Positions 36,782 to 47,686 of a stretch of DNA of 64,000 bases are shown in pieces. The position numbers were made by a program, and so were the translations under genes. The notes under the pieces were generated by a model, which searched no databases, was not told the origin of the DNA, and was given only the letters and a program-made list of their open reading frames with translations. Positions within the stretch are counted from its first letter, which is position 1; every line of letters starts with the position of its first letter. The stretch comes from Deltaproteobacteria bacterium (lineage in GTDB: Bacteria; Desulfobacterota; GWC2-55-46; UBA9637), in contig JAUYHF010000007.1 of the NCBI GenBank assembly GCA_030690165.1, positions 131,420 through 195,419 on the forward strand, in the 5' to 3' direction.

Positions 36782-38236
36782 ATGATGAAGGCTGATGTAA
36801 TCTATAGATTAAAGAACGACCCTGTCATCAGGGCCGCGTTTGATGCTGTGAGCAGCGCCGGTGTAATGGCATACCTTGTAGGAGGGGCGCTGCGCAATCT
36901 TGTTTTATCAAGGCCATTAGGCTTTGATTATGATGTTGCGTTGGACAGCAAGGTTATGGACATGGCCAATCTTCTTGGTACAAGGCTGAAAGGAAGTCCT
37001 TTTTTGCTTGATAAAGCGCATGGGTCTTACAGGATAACCGTAAAACGGGATGGCGGCATATTTAATATTGACCTATCTCCATACAATGGGAAGGATATAT
37101 TGGAAGATTTAAACAATAGAGACTTTACAATAAATGCCATGGCTGTTGATATAAACGTCCTTTTTAGAAACAGGGATGTTGATTTGATAGATATTTTCAG
37201 CGGACAGACAGATGCGGAAAATAAAATAATAAGGGAGATTAAACCGGAGATATTTGATGATGATCCATTGCGGTTGCTCCGGGCAGTAAGGCTTTCAGCG
37301 CAATATGGCCTTATTATAGACAAGGAAACTGAAAGGCGCATAAAGACAAAGGCCGAACTCTTGACCACATCTTCATGGGAAAGGATAAGGGATGAGTTTT
37401 TTTTAATACTTGAGTGTCCGCAGTCAGTTAATTATGTGAAAGGGCTTTATGAACTCTCTTTGCTCCACGAAATTATCCCTGAGATCAGAGGGTGGAATGA
37501 TTTGGCAGGTTATAACCTCATATATCATGCATTTAAGACATTGGAGCAGGGGGAAGGGTTGGTCAATAACCTAAAGGCCTTTGTGCCGGAATTTGCCGGC
37601 AGCATTGATAATTCCTTTCAAATGCCCATTGGCAATGTCTCTAAAAAGGGATTATTCAAGCTTGCGCTTTTTATCCATGACGCAGGCAAGCCGGCAACGA
37701 TAAAACAGGAAGGAGAGAGAATGAGGTTTATAGGTCATGAGGTGGAGGGTGAAGGCGCCGGCAAACGGATAGGAAGGCGGTTGAAATTAAGCAGGGCTGC
37801 CGCGGCATTCATTTCAAGGCTTATCAGAAATCATCACAGGGTTTTTAATCTAGCGTCTCTTGAAAGATTAACTGACCGTTCTAAGGCGCATCTATTCAGG
37901 GCTATGGGGGGCAGGGCTGCGGGGGACTCGGATGGGCTTTTTCTTCTACTGCTTTCCCTTGCGGATGCCAGGGCTACCCGGGGCGGAGATGACCCTGAGT
38001 TCGCATCTTTTGTAAAAAGCCTCATTGATTTTTATTATAAGATTTATGCGGTAAAGAGGCCCCGGCCGATACTGAACGGAAATGAGGTTATGGAGATATT
38101 TGATGTTCCGGAGGGCGCTGTAGTGGGAAGGTTATTAAGAAAATTGGCAGAGGCTGAAGGCGGTGGGATTATAAAGAACAAGAGAGACGCTGTTAAATTT
38201 ATAAAGGATTTAATGGAAGCGTCAAAAGACGGATAG
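36782..38236 (+). CDS. CCA-adding enzyme / poly(A) polymerase family nucleotidyltransferase with HD domain
   Basis: Head domain LVGGALRNLVL ... DYDVA; HD-domain region FIHDAGKP ... GHE. Confidence 0.7.
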   Translation: MMKADVIYRLKNDPVIRAAFDAVSSAGVMAYLVGGALRNLVLSRPLGFDYDVALDSKVMDMANLLGTRLKGSPFLLDKAHGSYRITVKRDGGIFNIDLSPYNGKDILEDLNNRDFTINAMAVDINVLFRNRDVDLIDIFSGQTDAENKIIREIKPEIFDDDPLRLLRAVRLSAQYGLIIDKETERRIKTKAELLTTSSWERIRDEFFLILECPQSVNYVKGLYELSLLHEIIPEIRGWNDLAGYNLIYHAFKTLEQGEGLVNNLKAFVPEFAGSIDNSFQMPIGNVSKKGLFKLALFIHDAGKPATIKQEGERMRFIGHEVEGEGAGKRIGRRLKLSRAAAAFISRLIRNHHRVFNLASLERLTDRSKAHLFRAMGGRAAGDSDGLFLLLLSLADARATRGGDDPEFASFVKSLIDFYYKIYAVKRPRPILNGNEVMEIFDVPEGAVVGRLLRKLAEAEGGGIIKNKRDAVKFIKDLMEASKDG

Positions 38237-38392
38237 AGTTTTTTTCTATTTTGTGCTAACAGCCTTGGTGCCAAAATTATTGACTTTTTATATCAGGTAG
38301 GATAGATTGTTTTGAAAAAATAAATATCTAACAAGGAGGGACTTGCTGCTGTTTTTCTGTATAAAAAAAATGAAACAAAAGGAGATAGCGAG

Positions 38393-38890
38393 ATGGGAGA
38401 ATTAAAGGACACAAGGGCGGTAATTGAAACAAAATTTGGCAATATTGAGTTGAAGTTTTATCCGGATGTTGCGCCAAATCATGTGCAAAATTTTATAAAA
38501 CTTTCCAAAGAAGGTTTTTACGACGGCGCCATATTTCACAGGGTTATACCGGGTTTTATGATTCAAGGGGGGGATCCGAACACAAAGGGGGCGAATAAAA
38601 ATATTTATGGCACAGGCGGCCCTGGTTACAATGTGAAGGCTGAATTTAATAATATAAGCCATAAAAGAGGTATATTATCAATGGGGAGGTCGCAGCATCC
38701 AGACAGCGCAGGGTCACAGTTTTTTATAGTTGTTAAGGACTCTCAGTTTCTTGATCATGAGTATACCGTCTTCGGTGAGGTTGTGAATGGAATGGAAGCG
38801 GCGGATAAAATCGTCAATCTTCCGAGAGATTCAAGTGATATTCCTAACGAGCGGGTGGAGATGAAGGTTAAGATAATTGAGCAACCGTGA
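38393..38890 (+). CDS. peptidyl-prolyl cis-trans isomerase, cyclophilin type
   Basis: FHRVIPGFMIQGGDP and HTVFGEVVNGME motifs; 165 aa. Confidence 0.9.
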   Translation: MGELKDTRAVIETKFGNIELKFYPDVAPNHVQNFIKLSKEGFYDGAIFHRVIPGFMIQGGDPNTKGANKNIYGTGGPGYNVKAEFNNISHKRGILSMGRSQHPDSAGSQFFIVVKDSQFLDHEYTVFGEVVNGMEAADKIVNLPRDSSDIPNERVEMKVKIIEQP

Positions 38891-39570
38891 TGAAGAGAGT
38901 TTGGAAAATCAATTTTGTATCCTTCTTTTTTTTATTGCAATGTATTCTGCTTTCAGATATTGCTGCAAGCCAGAGCAATATCCTGGCGGTCGGCAGTTTT
39001 AATGGCTTGAAAGAAGGGACAGCGCCGGCTGAATGGGCAATAAAGGAATGGAAGGGCAAGGCAGATGTCCAGATTGTAAAGGACGAGGCAGGCCATGTTT
39101 TACGGCTAAGGAGCGAGAAAACATCCACTGCCTTATATAAGGAAATTGAGTTTAATATAAAAGATTATCCATTTCTTAACTGGCGCTGGAAGACAACAAA
39201 GATTCCGACAGGCGGCGATGTGAGGAAAAAAGATACAGACGACCAGGCTGCCCAGATATATGTCGTATTTCCCAAATTTCCATCTCAGATAAACAGCAGG
39301 ATGCTTGGATATATATGGGATACAAGCGCCCCGGCGGGAAGCGAGGTTACGAGCGCCAAATTATCCACAACCAGATATATTGTCCTTAAAAGCGGGGCAG
39401 GCGAGATCGGGAAATGGTTTGCAGAAAAGCGGAATATTTACGAGGATTACAAGAGGCTGTTTAACGAAGAGCCTCCAACAGTTGGAAGCATAGCGCTCAT
39501 GATAGATTCTGACGATACAAAGACCAGCGCAGAGAGTTTTTTTGACGATATATATTTTTCCAAAGAATAA
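38887..39570 (+). CDS. secreted protein of unknown function (DUF3047-like)
   Basis: Signal peptide; LNWRWK ... DDQAAQIYVVF ... GYIWDT pattern; overlaps PPIase stop by 4 nt. Confidence 0.4.
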   Translation: MMKRVWKINFVSFFFLLQCILLSDIAASQSNILAVGSFNGLKEGTAPAEWAIKEWKGKADVQIVKDEAGHVLRLRSEKTSTALYKEIEFNIKDYPFLNWRWKTTKIPTGGDVRKKDTDDQAAQIYVVFPKFPSQINSRMLGYIWDTSAPAGSEVTSAKLSTTRYIVLKSGAGEIGKWFAEKRNIYEDYKRLFNEEPPTVGSIALMIDSDDTKTSAESFFDDIYFSKE

Positions 39571-39627
39571 TCTTATTTTCTCCACACAACCATAATATTT
39601 TCTAATCTTACCCAATCGCATCTCTTT

Positions 39628-41592
39628 ATGCCCTTAATCATCGGCACAGCAGGACATATTGACCACGGCAAGACCAGCCTTATAAAGGCGCTCACCGGCA
39701 TGGATACCGACCGCCTGAAAGAGGAAAAGGAGCGCGGCATATCCATTGACTTGGGTTTTGCTTACCTTGATTTGCCTGATGGTACAAAGGCAGGGATTGT
39801 GGATGTGCCTGGCCATGAGAGATTTATAAGGAATATGTTGGCAGGGGCTACAGGCATTGACCTCGTTTTATTTGTTGTTGCCGCTGATGACGGCATAATG
39901 CCGCAGACAAGAGAGCATCTTGATATAATGCATCTCCTTGAAATCAAGAGCGGCATATTTGTAATTACAAAGATTGATTTGGTTGACGTCGGACAAATAA
40001 ATAAAGTATCAGAAGATATAAAAACGTTGACTAAAGATACCTGCCTTAAAGACTCGCCCATCATTTCAGTTTCCTCTGCAACAGGCTCCGGCATAGATAA
40101 TCTTAAAAATCTCATAATAAATGAAGCTGAAAAAATTTTACAAAGGCCCGAAGGCGGTTTTTTCAGGCTACCTATTGACCGCACATTTTCAATAAAGGGT
40201 TTTGGCGCTGTTGTTACAGGAACGGTTTTATCAGGTAATATAAATAAAAATGCCGATGCTGTTATCATTTCGAAACGGGCAACTGCTCCTAAAAAAGTGA
40301 AAATAAGAGGCATGCAGAGCCACTTCAAAGAGGTAAGCACAATAGCCGCAGGTCAGAGGGCTGCTATAAACTTAAGCGGTATATCTCATACAGACATTGA
40401 AAGAGGCAATATGCTCGTCTCTCCTGATATGGATATGATTACTGATATAGCTGATGTATCCTTTGAATTTCTGAATTCAACAAAAAAACCGATAAAAAAT
40501 TATTCAATCTTCAAGCTTTACCACATGACAGATGAAACTATGGCAAATGTATCATTTGCCGGTGTGAATGAGGTCCGCCCCGGCGCTAAGGTGTTTGGCC
40601 GGGTAAGACTAAAAGAGCCGATGGCTATGATGAGGAACGACAGATTCATATTAAGAGACCATGCCATAAACGCTACAATAGGCGGCGGCCGTGTGCTTCT
40701 CCCTTACCCCGAAAATGTAGCCGTAACCTTTATGTTGCGTGATAAACGCAGGCTAAAGCCTGCGACTACCCAAGATAGACAAAGGCAATATCAAGTTTTA
40801 GATAGTCAGGATTTAAGCAAAATTTTAATATCCATTTTATCAGACAAAGACACTTTTGGCATAGACAGTCATGCAATACGGCTTATGCTTAATATTTCTG
40901 AAAAGGGGCTTGAGGATCTTATAGCCTCTAACAAGGGGGAAGAGGAGATTGTCCTGATTGGCGGCAAATTAGTTTTGAAACAAAGGATTAATGAGATGGA
41001 ACAGGAGGTCATTCATATTATAAATAATTATCATAAGCAAATGCCCGGCGATATAGGGATTGAGGAAGATAATATGGCAAAGGCATTTAAAGGCGCTGTT
41101 CCTAAAGCAATTCTGCAGGTTGTATTGGGCGGTCTTATAAATTGTGGTAAGATTGCCAGAACCGGCAAGGTATTCAGCCTGCCGTCATACAGGCGCGTAA
41201 CTCAGGGATTGGATAAGGAGATAGAGGATGCAATTTTATCGGCATTTTCCAGCAGGCATTTTGATCCGGTTAAAATGGACGAGGCTCTGCAATCCCATTC
41301 CTGTAAAAAAGAAGATATAAAAAAGGTATTTCAACTTCTCATCAAAAGAGGTATTGTTGTCAAGATTACAGAAGACAGCTATATCTCTCAGGCTAAGTTG
41401 GATGAGGCTAAAGATAAGCTGACAAGATGGGTTGATGATAAAGGAAAAATAAAGGCCGCAGAGTTCCGTGATGTTCTCGGCTGCGGAAGAAAATTTGCCA
41501 TAGAGCTTCTGGAATATTTTGATAAAGAAAAGATTACGCTGAGAAGCGGGGATTATAGGGTGTTAAGAAAAACATTAAGCGCTAAGCAGTGA
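39628..41592 (+). CDS. selB: selenocysteine-specific translation elongation factor SelB
   Basis: N-terminus [21 protein letters not shown] ... [15 protein letters not shown] ... TKID colinear with SelB; long C-terminal extension; 654 aa. Confidence 0.9.
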   Translation: MPLIIGTAGHIDHGKTSLIKALTGMDTDRLKEEKERGISIDLGFAYLDLPDGTKAGIVDVPGHERFIRNMLAGATGIDLVLFVVAADDGIMPQTREHLDIMHLLEIKSGIFVITKIDLVDVGQINKVSEDIKTLTKDTCLKDSPIISVSSATGSGIDNLKNLIINEAEKILQRPEGGFFRLPIDRTFSIKGFGAVVTGTVLSGNINKNADAVIISKRATAPKKVKIRGMQSHFKEVSTIAAGQRAAINLSGISHTDIERGNMLVSPDMDMITDIADVSFEFLNSTKKPIKNYSIFKLYHMTDETMANVSFAGVNEVRPGAKVFGRVRLKEPMAMMRNDRFILRDHAINATIGGGRVLLPYPENVAVTFMLRDKRRLKPATTQDRQRQYQVLDSQDLSKILISILSDKDTFGIDSHAIRLMLNISEKGLEDLIASNKGEEEIVLIGGKLVLKQRINEMEQEVIHIINNYHKQMPGDIGIEEDNMAKAFKGAVPKAILQVVLGGLINCGKIARTGKVFSLPSYRRVTQGLDKEIEDAILSAFSSRHFDPVKMDEALQSHSCKKEDIKKVFQLLIKRGIVVKITEDSYISQAKLDEAKDKLTRWVDDKGKIKAAEFRDVLGCGRKFAIELLEYFDKEKITLRSGDYRVLRKTLSAKQ

Positions 41593-41639
41593 ACAATTGT
41601 TTCCCTCTCCCCTTGCGGGAGAGGGGAGGGGTATAAATA

Positions 41640-42686
41640 ATGGCTCCAGGCCGTAAGATAAAACTTACAAGCTACGCATCCTGCGCGGGTTGAGCGGCTA
41701 AAATGGGGCATGATGCCCTGGCGCAGGTTCTGCGCCATTTGCCAAAGGTTGTGGACAGGAATCTCATTGTAGGCGCTGAACATGCCGACGATGCAGGGGT
41801 GTATAAACTTACTGACGAATTGGCGGTTATAAATACGCTTGACTTTTTCCCGCCAGTTATAGATGACCCATATACATTTGGCCAGATAGCCGCCGCAAAT
41901 GCCCTAAGCGATGTATATGCAATGGGCGGGGCGCCGAGGCTTGCTATGAATATCGTTGCTTTTCCGGCAGACCTTGACATTTCAATACTTCAGGAAATTA
42001 TAATCGGCAGCACGGATAAATTAAAAGAGGCTGGGGTTATTCTTATCGGCGGTCATTCCATAGAGGATAAAGAGATAAAATATGGGCTATCTGTTACAGG
42101 TCTTATACATCCTGAAAAGGTTGTAACAAATGCCGGGGCTAATCCCGGAGATAAACTTATCCTGACAAAACCTATTGGCACCGGCATTATAACAACGGCG
42201 TTGAAAAGGGGAAAGATAAAACCTGATGAGGTTATGGAGGTCATTCTTTCTATGAAGACTTTGAATGATAAAGCTTCTGTTGTTATGCAGGAGGTTGGAG
42301 TAAATGCCTGCACAGATATTACAGGGTTCGGCCTCCTTGGCCATGCAATGGGAATGGCAGAGGCAAGCAGTGTCAGCATGACATTTAAGATAAAAGACAT
42401 ACCCTTCTTTCCAAAGGCGCTTCAACTTGTCAAAAAAAGCGCCAACCATCCAAAGATAATCAAATCAAACAGGGAATATCTATCTCCCAATGTAAAGATG
42501 TCCGATGAGATTACCCCTGAACAGGCAAATCTCTTATACGACCCGCAGACCTCCGGAGGGCTTTTAATATCCGTGCCTTTCGAAAGGCTTCAACAGTTGA
42601 TAGAACGTCTTTCTGCTGCTAAAATTTTAGGCGCAGTAATCGGGGAGGTTGCGGAAAAGAGGACACCTGTTATTGTTGTTGAGTAA
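41640..42686 (+). CDS. selD: selenide, water dikinase SelD with predicted selenocysteine (in-frame UGA at 41691-41693)
   Basis: ATG 41640 is in frame with track ORF 41703-42686 through a single TGA: MAPGRKIKLTSYASCAG-U-AAKMGHDALAQVL; the U aligns with the catalytic Cys/Sec of SelD; downstream DITGFGLLGH and YDPQTSGGLL motifs; hairpin 41719-41737 is a candidate SECIS. Confidence 0.85.
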
Positions 42687-42746
42687 GGGGCAGTCTTTTG
42701 CTTTAGAGAGTCGTATCGTAAAATTGTCAGAAAAAGGAGTGAATAT

Positions 42747-44501
42747 ATGAAAAAAGAAATAACGTTTGTATCAGCAATGATTGTATTCGGGGCAGCTATT
42801 GGTATAGGTATTATATCTATTATAGTTGCAATTGCAGCGCCTGATCTTGTAAAAACACTTTTGACGTTTCAGGAAAAGGCTGATTTTGAGCTGATGCGGC
42901 GAAAGGCCGGCTGGATAATTGAACATATTTATTTCATCAAGTATTCGCTCCTCTTCATAGCAATCTTTACCCTTATCTTGTTTCTCGTAAACTTGAACCC
43001 TCACGTAAAAAATAAGCTGAAGTTAAAATATCCTGGACTAAAATTTCTGGTGATTTTTCTGGGGGTTCTTGCCTGTTTCATTCTTCTGATATTTACCGGC
43101 GATAGAATTTCTAATTTGTTGAATTTTGATATTCAATCGCCGAATGCGGCAAATTTTCTTATTTTCTCATTTACCACAGGACTCTTATGGTTTATTGTTG
43201 GGGAGATGGGCTGGGCAGGCGATTTCTCATCATGGAAGATGGGGGTTGCAGGAGGGGAGAATAGGCCTGTTGCGGCGTTTATTTTAGGAACTGTTGTCGG
43301 CAGCGCTGTCTACGGTCTGTCCTTTCTCTATAATTGGACATTCAATAAGTACTTCATACTGGTTTCAGAGGTGCTTGATCAGTCCGGCGAAACCTCGTAT
43401 CTTGGATTCAAACTCCTGGCACATGAATTGATATTTACGACTGCAATTTCTCTTGGAATCATTGCTGGTCTTATCGTAGCGCTTGCCCCGGTTTACAGGA
43501 CATGGTGCCAGAGATTACAATGGCTTATATTGCCGGTTGCTCTATCGACAGTTCTTGCGGTGGTTATTTTTGCCGTATACACGAATGCCGCAAAAAAATA
43601 TGACCTTGGCAAAAAAGACCTTGCTCAGGCAGCAGGGGTGCCGGATAAGGCAATGGAGAGCCTGACCCTTGTTTTATTAAAGCAGGATATGGCAGCGGTG
43701 CAGGAATGGCCTTTGCAGGCGCGGGGATCGGGTTTTGTTTCCATGAGTACTGTGGCAGCAACTGGAGAAAGCCTCAAGAGGATTGAAGACTACCTTGCTG
43801 AACATAAAGAGGGTTCAGTATTCACCTATGCTGCGCAAGATGCGCTCATAAGAGGACATCATGTGATGTGGAATTTAGAAAAAGGGGTTGAATATCAGTT
43901 TCGGTATGCGGGGCAGTCGTTTCTTAATCGCATGGTGTTACTCTCCCGTCTCCGCTATCTTCCTGTGACTCCAAAGAATCTTGCCTATCTCAAGGCGTTT
44001 TCTGACGAGACCAAGTGGTATGTGGGCAAGGACGCCTGCCTTAGGATTGCGGAGGCATTTATGCATTTTGGAATGACAAAAGAGGCCCAAGACTGGGTAA
44101 ATAAGGGGAAAGAGCGCGGCGCGGATATGTCCAAGGCTGGATTTCTCAAGGATGAAGTTCTTACCCAGGGGAGGATAAAAGGGAGAGTTATTATAAACGG
44201 AATGGCGAATGTCAGCACAAAAGTAGCGCTCATGCGTCAGGATTATAAAATCGATAAGATCGAGGACGGTGCGCTTATTCATAAACTTGTTGATGTCCAG
44301 GGAATCGACAAAGACGGCAGTTTTACATTCAGCAATATAGGGAAGGGGGATTACCTGCTTATTATTGTAGCTGATAAGAATATCATCCCCTATGCTATTG
44401 CGTCTAACAAATTAAAGGTAAAAAATCTCTCAGGTCCTGTAAAGATTGATATAAATAGGCCGACGATGGATTTAGGAACCGTGAACATAGTTACTCAATA
44501 G
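42747..44501 (+). CDS. polytopic membrane protein of unknown function with C-terminal beta-sandwich-like domain
   Basis: About 8 predicted TM helices in the first 300 aa; C-terminal 110 aa resemble a carboxypeptidase-regulatory-like fold; no catalytic motif recognised. Confidence 0.4.
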   Translation: MKKEITFVSAMIVFGAAIGIGIISIIVAIAAPDLVKTLLTFQEKADFELMRRKAGWIIEHIYFIKYSLLFIAIFTLILFLVNLNPHVKNKLKLKYPGLKFLVIFLGVLACFILLIFTGDRISNLLNFDIQSPNAANFLIFSFTTGLLWFIVGEMGWAGDFSSWKMGVAGGENRPVAAFILGTVVGSAVYGLSFLYNWTFNKYFILVSEVLDQSGETSYLGFKLLAHELIFTTAISLGIIAGLIVALAPVYRTWCQRLQWLILPVALSTVLAVVIFAVYTNAAKKYDLGKKDLAQAAGVPDKAMESLTLVLLKQDMAAVQEWPLQARGSGFVSMSTVAATGESLKRIEDYLAEHKEGSVFTYAAQDALIRGHHVMWNLEKGVEYQFRYAGQSFLNRMVLLSRLRYLPVTPKNLAYLKAFSDETKWYVGKDACLRIAEAFMHFGMTKEAQDWVNKGKERGADMSKAGFLKDEVLTQGRIKGRVIINGMANVSTKVALMRQDYKIDKIEDGALIHKLVDVQGIDKDGSFTFSNIGKGDYLLIIVADKNIIPYAIASNKLKVKNLSGPVKIDINRPTMDLGTVNIVTQ

Positions 44502-44546
44502 ACATTTCTTGACGCAGCTTTTATTTGTTTTTACAAAACTAAGTTT

Positions 44547-45848
44547 ATGGCCGACAAATTTGACTGCATAATCATTGGCGCCGGTCCTTCCGGCATTGCC
44601 TGCGCATACACTCTGGCAAAGGCAGGGCTGAATGTTATGGTCTTTGAACGGGGAGAATATCCCGGCTCAAAAAATGTCTCAGGCGGGGTTTTGTATTCAA
44701 CCATCCTCAATAAACTCATCCCTGAATTTTGGAAAGATGCGCCTGTGGAAAGGCATGTGGCAAAGCGAAGATATTCCATACTCTCAAAGGATTCTGAGAT
44801 GGCTGTGGAATTAAGTTTTGACAGTTTCAATAACCCTCCCTACAACAACAGCTTCACAGTATTGCGCGCAAAATTTGACAGGTGGTTTGCAAAAAAAGCA
44901 GAGGATGCAGGGGCATTTATATTGACTGAAACAGTGGTCGATGATTTCATCTTTGAGAATGGAAAGATTATCGGGGTTAAGGCGAGGAGGGAGGGTGGCG
45001 ATGTTCTTGCAGATGTGGTTGTTTGCGCAGAAGGCGCAAATTCTCTCCTTGCAGAAAAGGCGGGCCTCAGGAAAAAACCTACAGACCATCAGATGATAAC
45101 CGCTGCCAAAGAGGTCATAAGCCTTCCACGTGAGGCTATAGAAGATAGATTCGGCTTGTCTGATGATGAAGGTGTGACCATAGAGTTTTTCGGCGACGCT
45201 GTTAAAGGGATGATAGGCTCAGGTTTTATCTATACCAATAAAGATTCACTATCCGTTGGTGTTGGCTGTCCCATAGCAGTTATGAAAGAAAATAATATGC
45301 GTCCCAATGATCTTCTTGATGCGTTCAAGTCACATCCGGTGGTAAGAAAGTTTTTAAGGGGAGGGAAGACCGAAGAATTGTCCGCAAAGATGATCCCTGA
45401 ATTGGGCTGCAAGAATCTCTCAAAATTTGCTGCCAATGGTTTACTCATTGTCGGAGATGCGGCAGGTTTGGTAAATCCGTCTCTTTATCGTGAAGGCTCC
45501 AATATGGCGATGGCGTCAGGTGTAATGGCAGCAGAGACGATTCTTGAGGCAAAGAAGAAAAGTAATTTTTCAGAATCGGCGCTGAGCGGGTTTACAAAGA
45601 GATTAAATGACAGCTTCGTTATGAAAGATTTAAAAAGATACGGCGATACGCCGAAGAAGTTATCTGCAATGCCTCAATTTTTCAAAGAATATCCTGATGC
45701 GATTCTAAAAATGGCAGAAGGATATTTCACAATATCAGACATGCCAAAAAAAGAAATGCAGAAACAGGCATGGTCTGCTTTTAAGGACAAGGTCTCTGTA
45801 TGGAGATTTCTGTGGGATATGTATAAGGCAAAGGGGTCGATTCTTTGA
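44547..45848 (+). CDS. fixC: FAD-dependent ETF-quinone oxidoreductase FixC-like
   Basis: FDCIIIGAGPSGIACA FAD fold and GSKNVSGGVLY motif; 433 aa. Confidence 0.75.
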   Translation: MADKFDCIIIGAGPSGIACAYTLAKAGLNVMVFERGEYPGSKNVSGGVLYSTILNKLIPEFWKDAPVERHVAKRRYSILSKDSEMAVELSFDSFNNPPYNNSFTVLRAKFDRWFAKKAEDAGAFILTETVVDDFIFENGKIIGVKARREGGDVLADVVVCAEGANSLLAEKAGLRKKPTDHQMITAAKEVISLPREAIEDRFGLSDDEGVTIEFFGDAVKGMIGSGFIYTNKDSLSVGVGCPIAVMKENNMRPNDLLDAFKSHPVVRKFLRGGKTEELSAKMIPELGCKNLSKFAANGLLIVGDAAGLVNPSLYREGSNMAMASGVMAAETILEAKKKSNFSESALSGFTKRLNDSFVMKDLKRYGDTPKKLSAMPQFFKEYPDAILKMAEGYFTISDMPKKEMQKQAWSAFKDKVSVWRFLWDMYKAKGSIL

Positions 45849-45902
45849 CAGGCCTCGGCAGATTCTGGGATTCGTGTAACAATAATGTATAAAACAAACA
45901 TC

Positions 45903-45930
45903 TTGTTTAAAACAGGTTGTTTGATATAAT
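45903..45930 (+). promoter_or_regulatory. sigma-70-like promoter with extended -10 for the antitoxin gene
   Basis: TTGTTT, 16-nt spacer, TGATATAAT; RBS AAAGGAGG 45937-45944 before ATG 45950. Confidence 0.4.
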
Positions 45931-45949
45931 CTCCCAAAAGGAGGCAACA

Positions 45950-46180
45950 ATGGTTAAGACATTGCATGCAGTCTATGAACATGGGATATTGAGGCCTTTG
46001 GAGCCGATAGACGATATTGAGGAGAACGCAGAAGTAGAATTGACTCTGAGCATAGAAAAGAAAGTCATTCATCCTATTTTAAGGTTTGCCGGCATATTGA
46101 AGGAAGAAGAGGCAAATCAGATGATGAAGACCGTAGACGATGAGTTTGAGAGGGTTAATCCTGATGAATGGAAAGATTAG
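45950..46180 (+). CDS. small antitoxin-like protein, probable VapB-type partner of the PIN toxin
   Basis: 76 aa; MVKTLHAVYEHGILRPLEP ... AEVELT pattern; overlaps the downstream PIN ORF. Confidence 0.5.
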   Translation: MVKTLHAVYEHGILRPLEPIDDIEENAEVELTLSIEKKVIHPILRFAGILKEEEANQMMKTVDDEFERVNPDEWKD

Positions 46181-46455
46181 CCTTGACACAAATATCGTAA
46201 TACGGCTGTTTAAAAATGATAAAGCTGTTACAAATCTCCTTTCGCGTAACTCAACGATATATCTGCATCCTGAATATTACAAGAAAGACAGCCGATCCAT
46301 ATTCTGCCATCAGATTACAGCTAAAACAAAAAGGGCGTCCAATCCCTGAAAATGACCTATGGATAGCGGCAGTCTGTATTGAAAACAGTCTTCCAATAAT
46401 CACGGCCGATGCGCATTTTGATGACGTTGATGGGTTGGAGGTTGTCAAAATATAA
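46164..46455 (+). pseudogene. PIN-domain (VapC-like) toxin, frameshifted and shortened
   Basis: N-terminal part (ISLDTNIVIRL) is in one frame to 46349; C-terminal part (ENDLWIAAVCIENSLPIITADAHFDDVDGLEV) is in the +1 frame to 46455; combined length about 97 aa is short for PIN. Confidence 0.5.
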
Positions 46456-46632
46456 ATGTTAGTAACGAAGGGCTGAGACTATGCCCGCCAAATGCGGAAA
46501 CGATGATGGAAGAGGGCAAAAGGAATATAGAAGGGCTGGTGGAGAGGTCCAATTTCTTTTTTAGCTATAGAATAAGCTGGTACTTTGATATAGAATGGAG
46601 AAAAATACTAATAATTTAGGGGGTGATTTATA

Positions 46633-46815
46633 ATGAGAGCCACTGCACAAAAAGTTAATCCAGAGGATTTTATCCTTTCGGCCCTTTCTCCAGAGGATCG
46701 GCTCGATGCGGCATTTGAGATTGCTCGCGAGGCGTTCAAAAAGACTCGTTTGACAATGAAAGATATTGATAATGCGGTTAAATCAGTAAGGAGCAAGGCT
46801 TACGAAAAGTTGTAG
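46633..46815 (+). CDS. small orphan addiction-module antitoxin-like protein
   Basis: 60 aa; LSALSPEDRLDAAFEIA resembles a putative addiction-module component family; RBS AGGGGGTG; no toxin follows. Confidence 0.3.
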   Translation: MRATAQKVNPEDFILSALSPEDRLDAAFEIAREAFKKTRLTMKDIDNAVKSVRSKAYEKL

Positions 46816-46856
46816 GGTGGTCACAGCCCACCGGATAAGGAATACAGCATGGATTA

Positions 46857-46941
46857 GGGAGAGGTTCCGCAGGGATGGTGAAGGATAAAGGGATTGGGGT
46901 TGCGATGGTGGAGGGGGATAAGATAGTCACCTGTTTTTATC
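46857..46941. repeat. 85-bp direct repeat, copy A
   Basis: GGGAGAGGTTCCGCAGGGATGGTGAAGGATAAAGGGATTGGGGTTGCGA ... TTTTTATC; about 50-nt core nearly identical to 47687-47768. Confidence 0.7.
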
Positions 46942-47001
46942 ATTTTTGAAACAATAATTTTTAGATATAGTGCTAACAAAGATATTATTAGGAGGTGTCC
47001 T

Positions 47002-47277
47002 ATGACGGTCATTGATTTGGTGGCAAAAGAATTTCATATGAACCCCAAAGAGGTTATAAAGGAAAGCATCGGCACGTATCTGCATCAGAAATTGTCGAAA
47101 GTTGAGGCAGACATCTTCACAATTGCTAAGAAACACGGCGTAAAAGATGTTTTTGAACTTGATGAAAAAATAAAAAAGGGGCTTATCAGCGAAAAGGATT
47201 CATATGATGACTATTTTGCCCTTGACAATCTTGAAGCGGAAAGGGAAAGGACCAAGAAGCTTCTGGAGAAAATTTGA
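47002..47277 (+). CDS. small acidic protein, first gene of a two-gene cassette
   Basis: 91 aa; strong RBS AGGAGG; stop overlaps next start (TGATG). Confidence 0.4.
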   Translation: MTVIDLVAKEFHMNPKEVIKESIGTYLHQKLSKVEADIFTIAKKHGVKDVFELDEKIKKGLISEKDSYDDYFALDNLEAERERTKKLLEKI

Positions 47278-47636
47278 TGCCTTCAATCCACGATCTGGAG
47301 AGGATTGCTGAGATAGAATTCGCTGACATTGTAGCCGGGACTATATTTATTAACCACAAGCTTAGAATATTTCTGACAGATAGCAGCTTTATAGATGTCA
47401 ACCTTTCGCAGAGGCTCCCAGATAAATTCGGTTTCCATTGGGAACGAATGAATAAGGCCGGCGAGGTATTCCGCTACGATAATTTCCCTGATCCAAGCTG
47501 GAAGAATGTCAGCACCTATCCATACCACTTTCATAACAGCGCACAAGAAGGAGTAGAGGCGGCACCTTTTCCGTTGGATGTCATAAAAGGTTTCAGGGCG
47601 TTCATGGAATTTGTTAGAAATAAAGTAAAGGAATGA
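47274..47636 (+). CDS. uncharacterized protein with FHWE ... RYDN ... HFH motifs, putative toxin-like partner
   Basis: 120 aa; translationally coupled to the upstream ORF; family assignment from memory only. Confidence 0.4.
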   Translation: MMPSIHDLERIAEIEFADIVAGTIFINHKLRIFLTDSSFIDVNLSQRLPDKFGFHWERMNKAGEVFRYDNFPDPSWKNVSTYPYHFHNSAQEGVEAAPFPLDVIKGFRAFMEFVRNKVKE

Positions 47637-47686
47637 AAGAGAGTTGGCTGGGATTGCCAGCAGGATGAGAGATATAGAAGGACAGA

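Noticed and set aside
46140-46349. Treating the two overlapping PIN ORFs as two separate small genes
   Set aside because: The N-terminal and C-terminal halves of one PIN-like protein are in adjacent frames, so a single frameshifted gene explains both better.
46857-46941. Integron attC site or cassette array
   Set aside because: No integron integrase, no attI, and the repeats are direct G-rich copies rather than imperfect attC palindromes.
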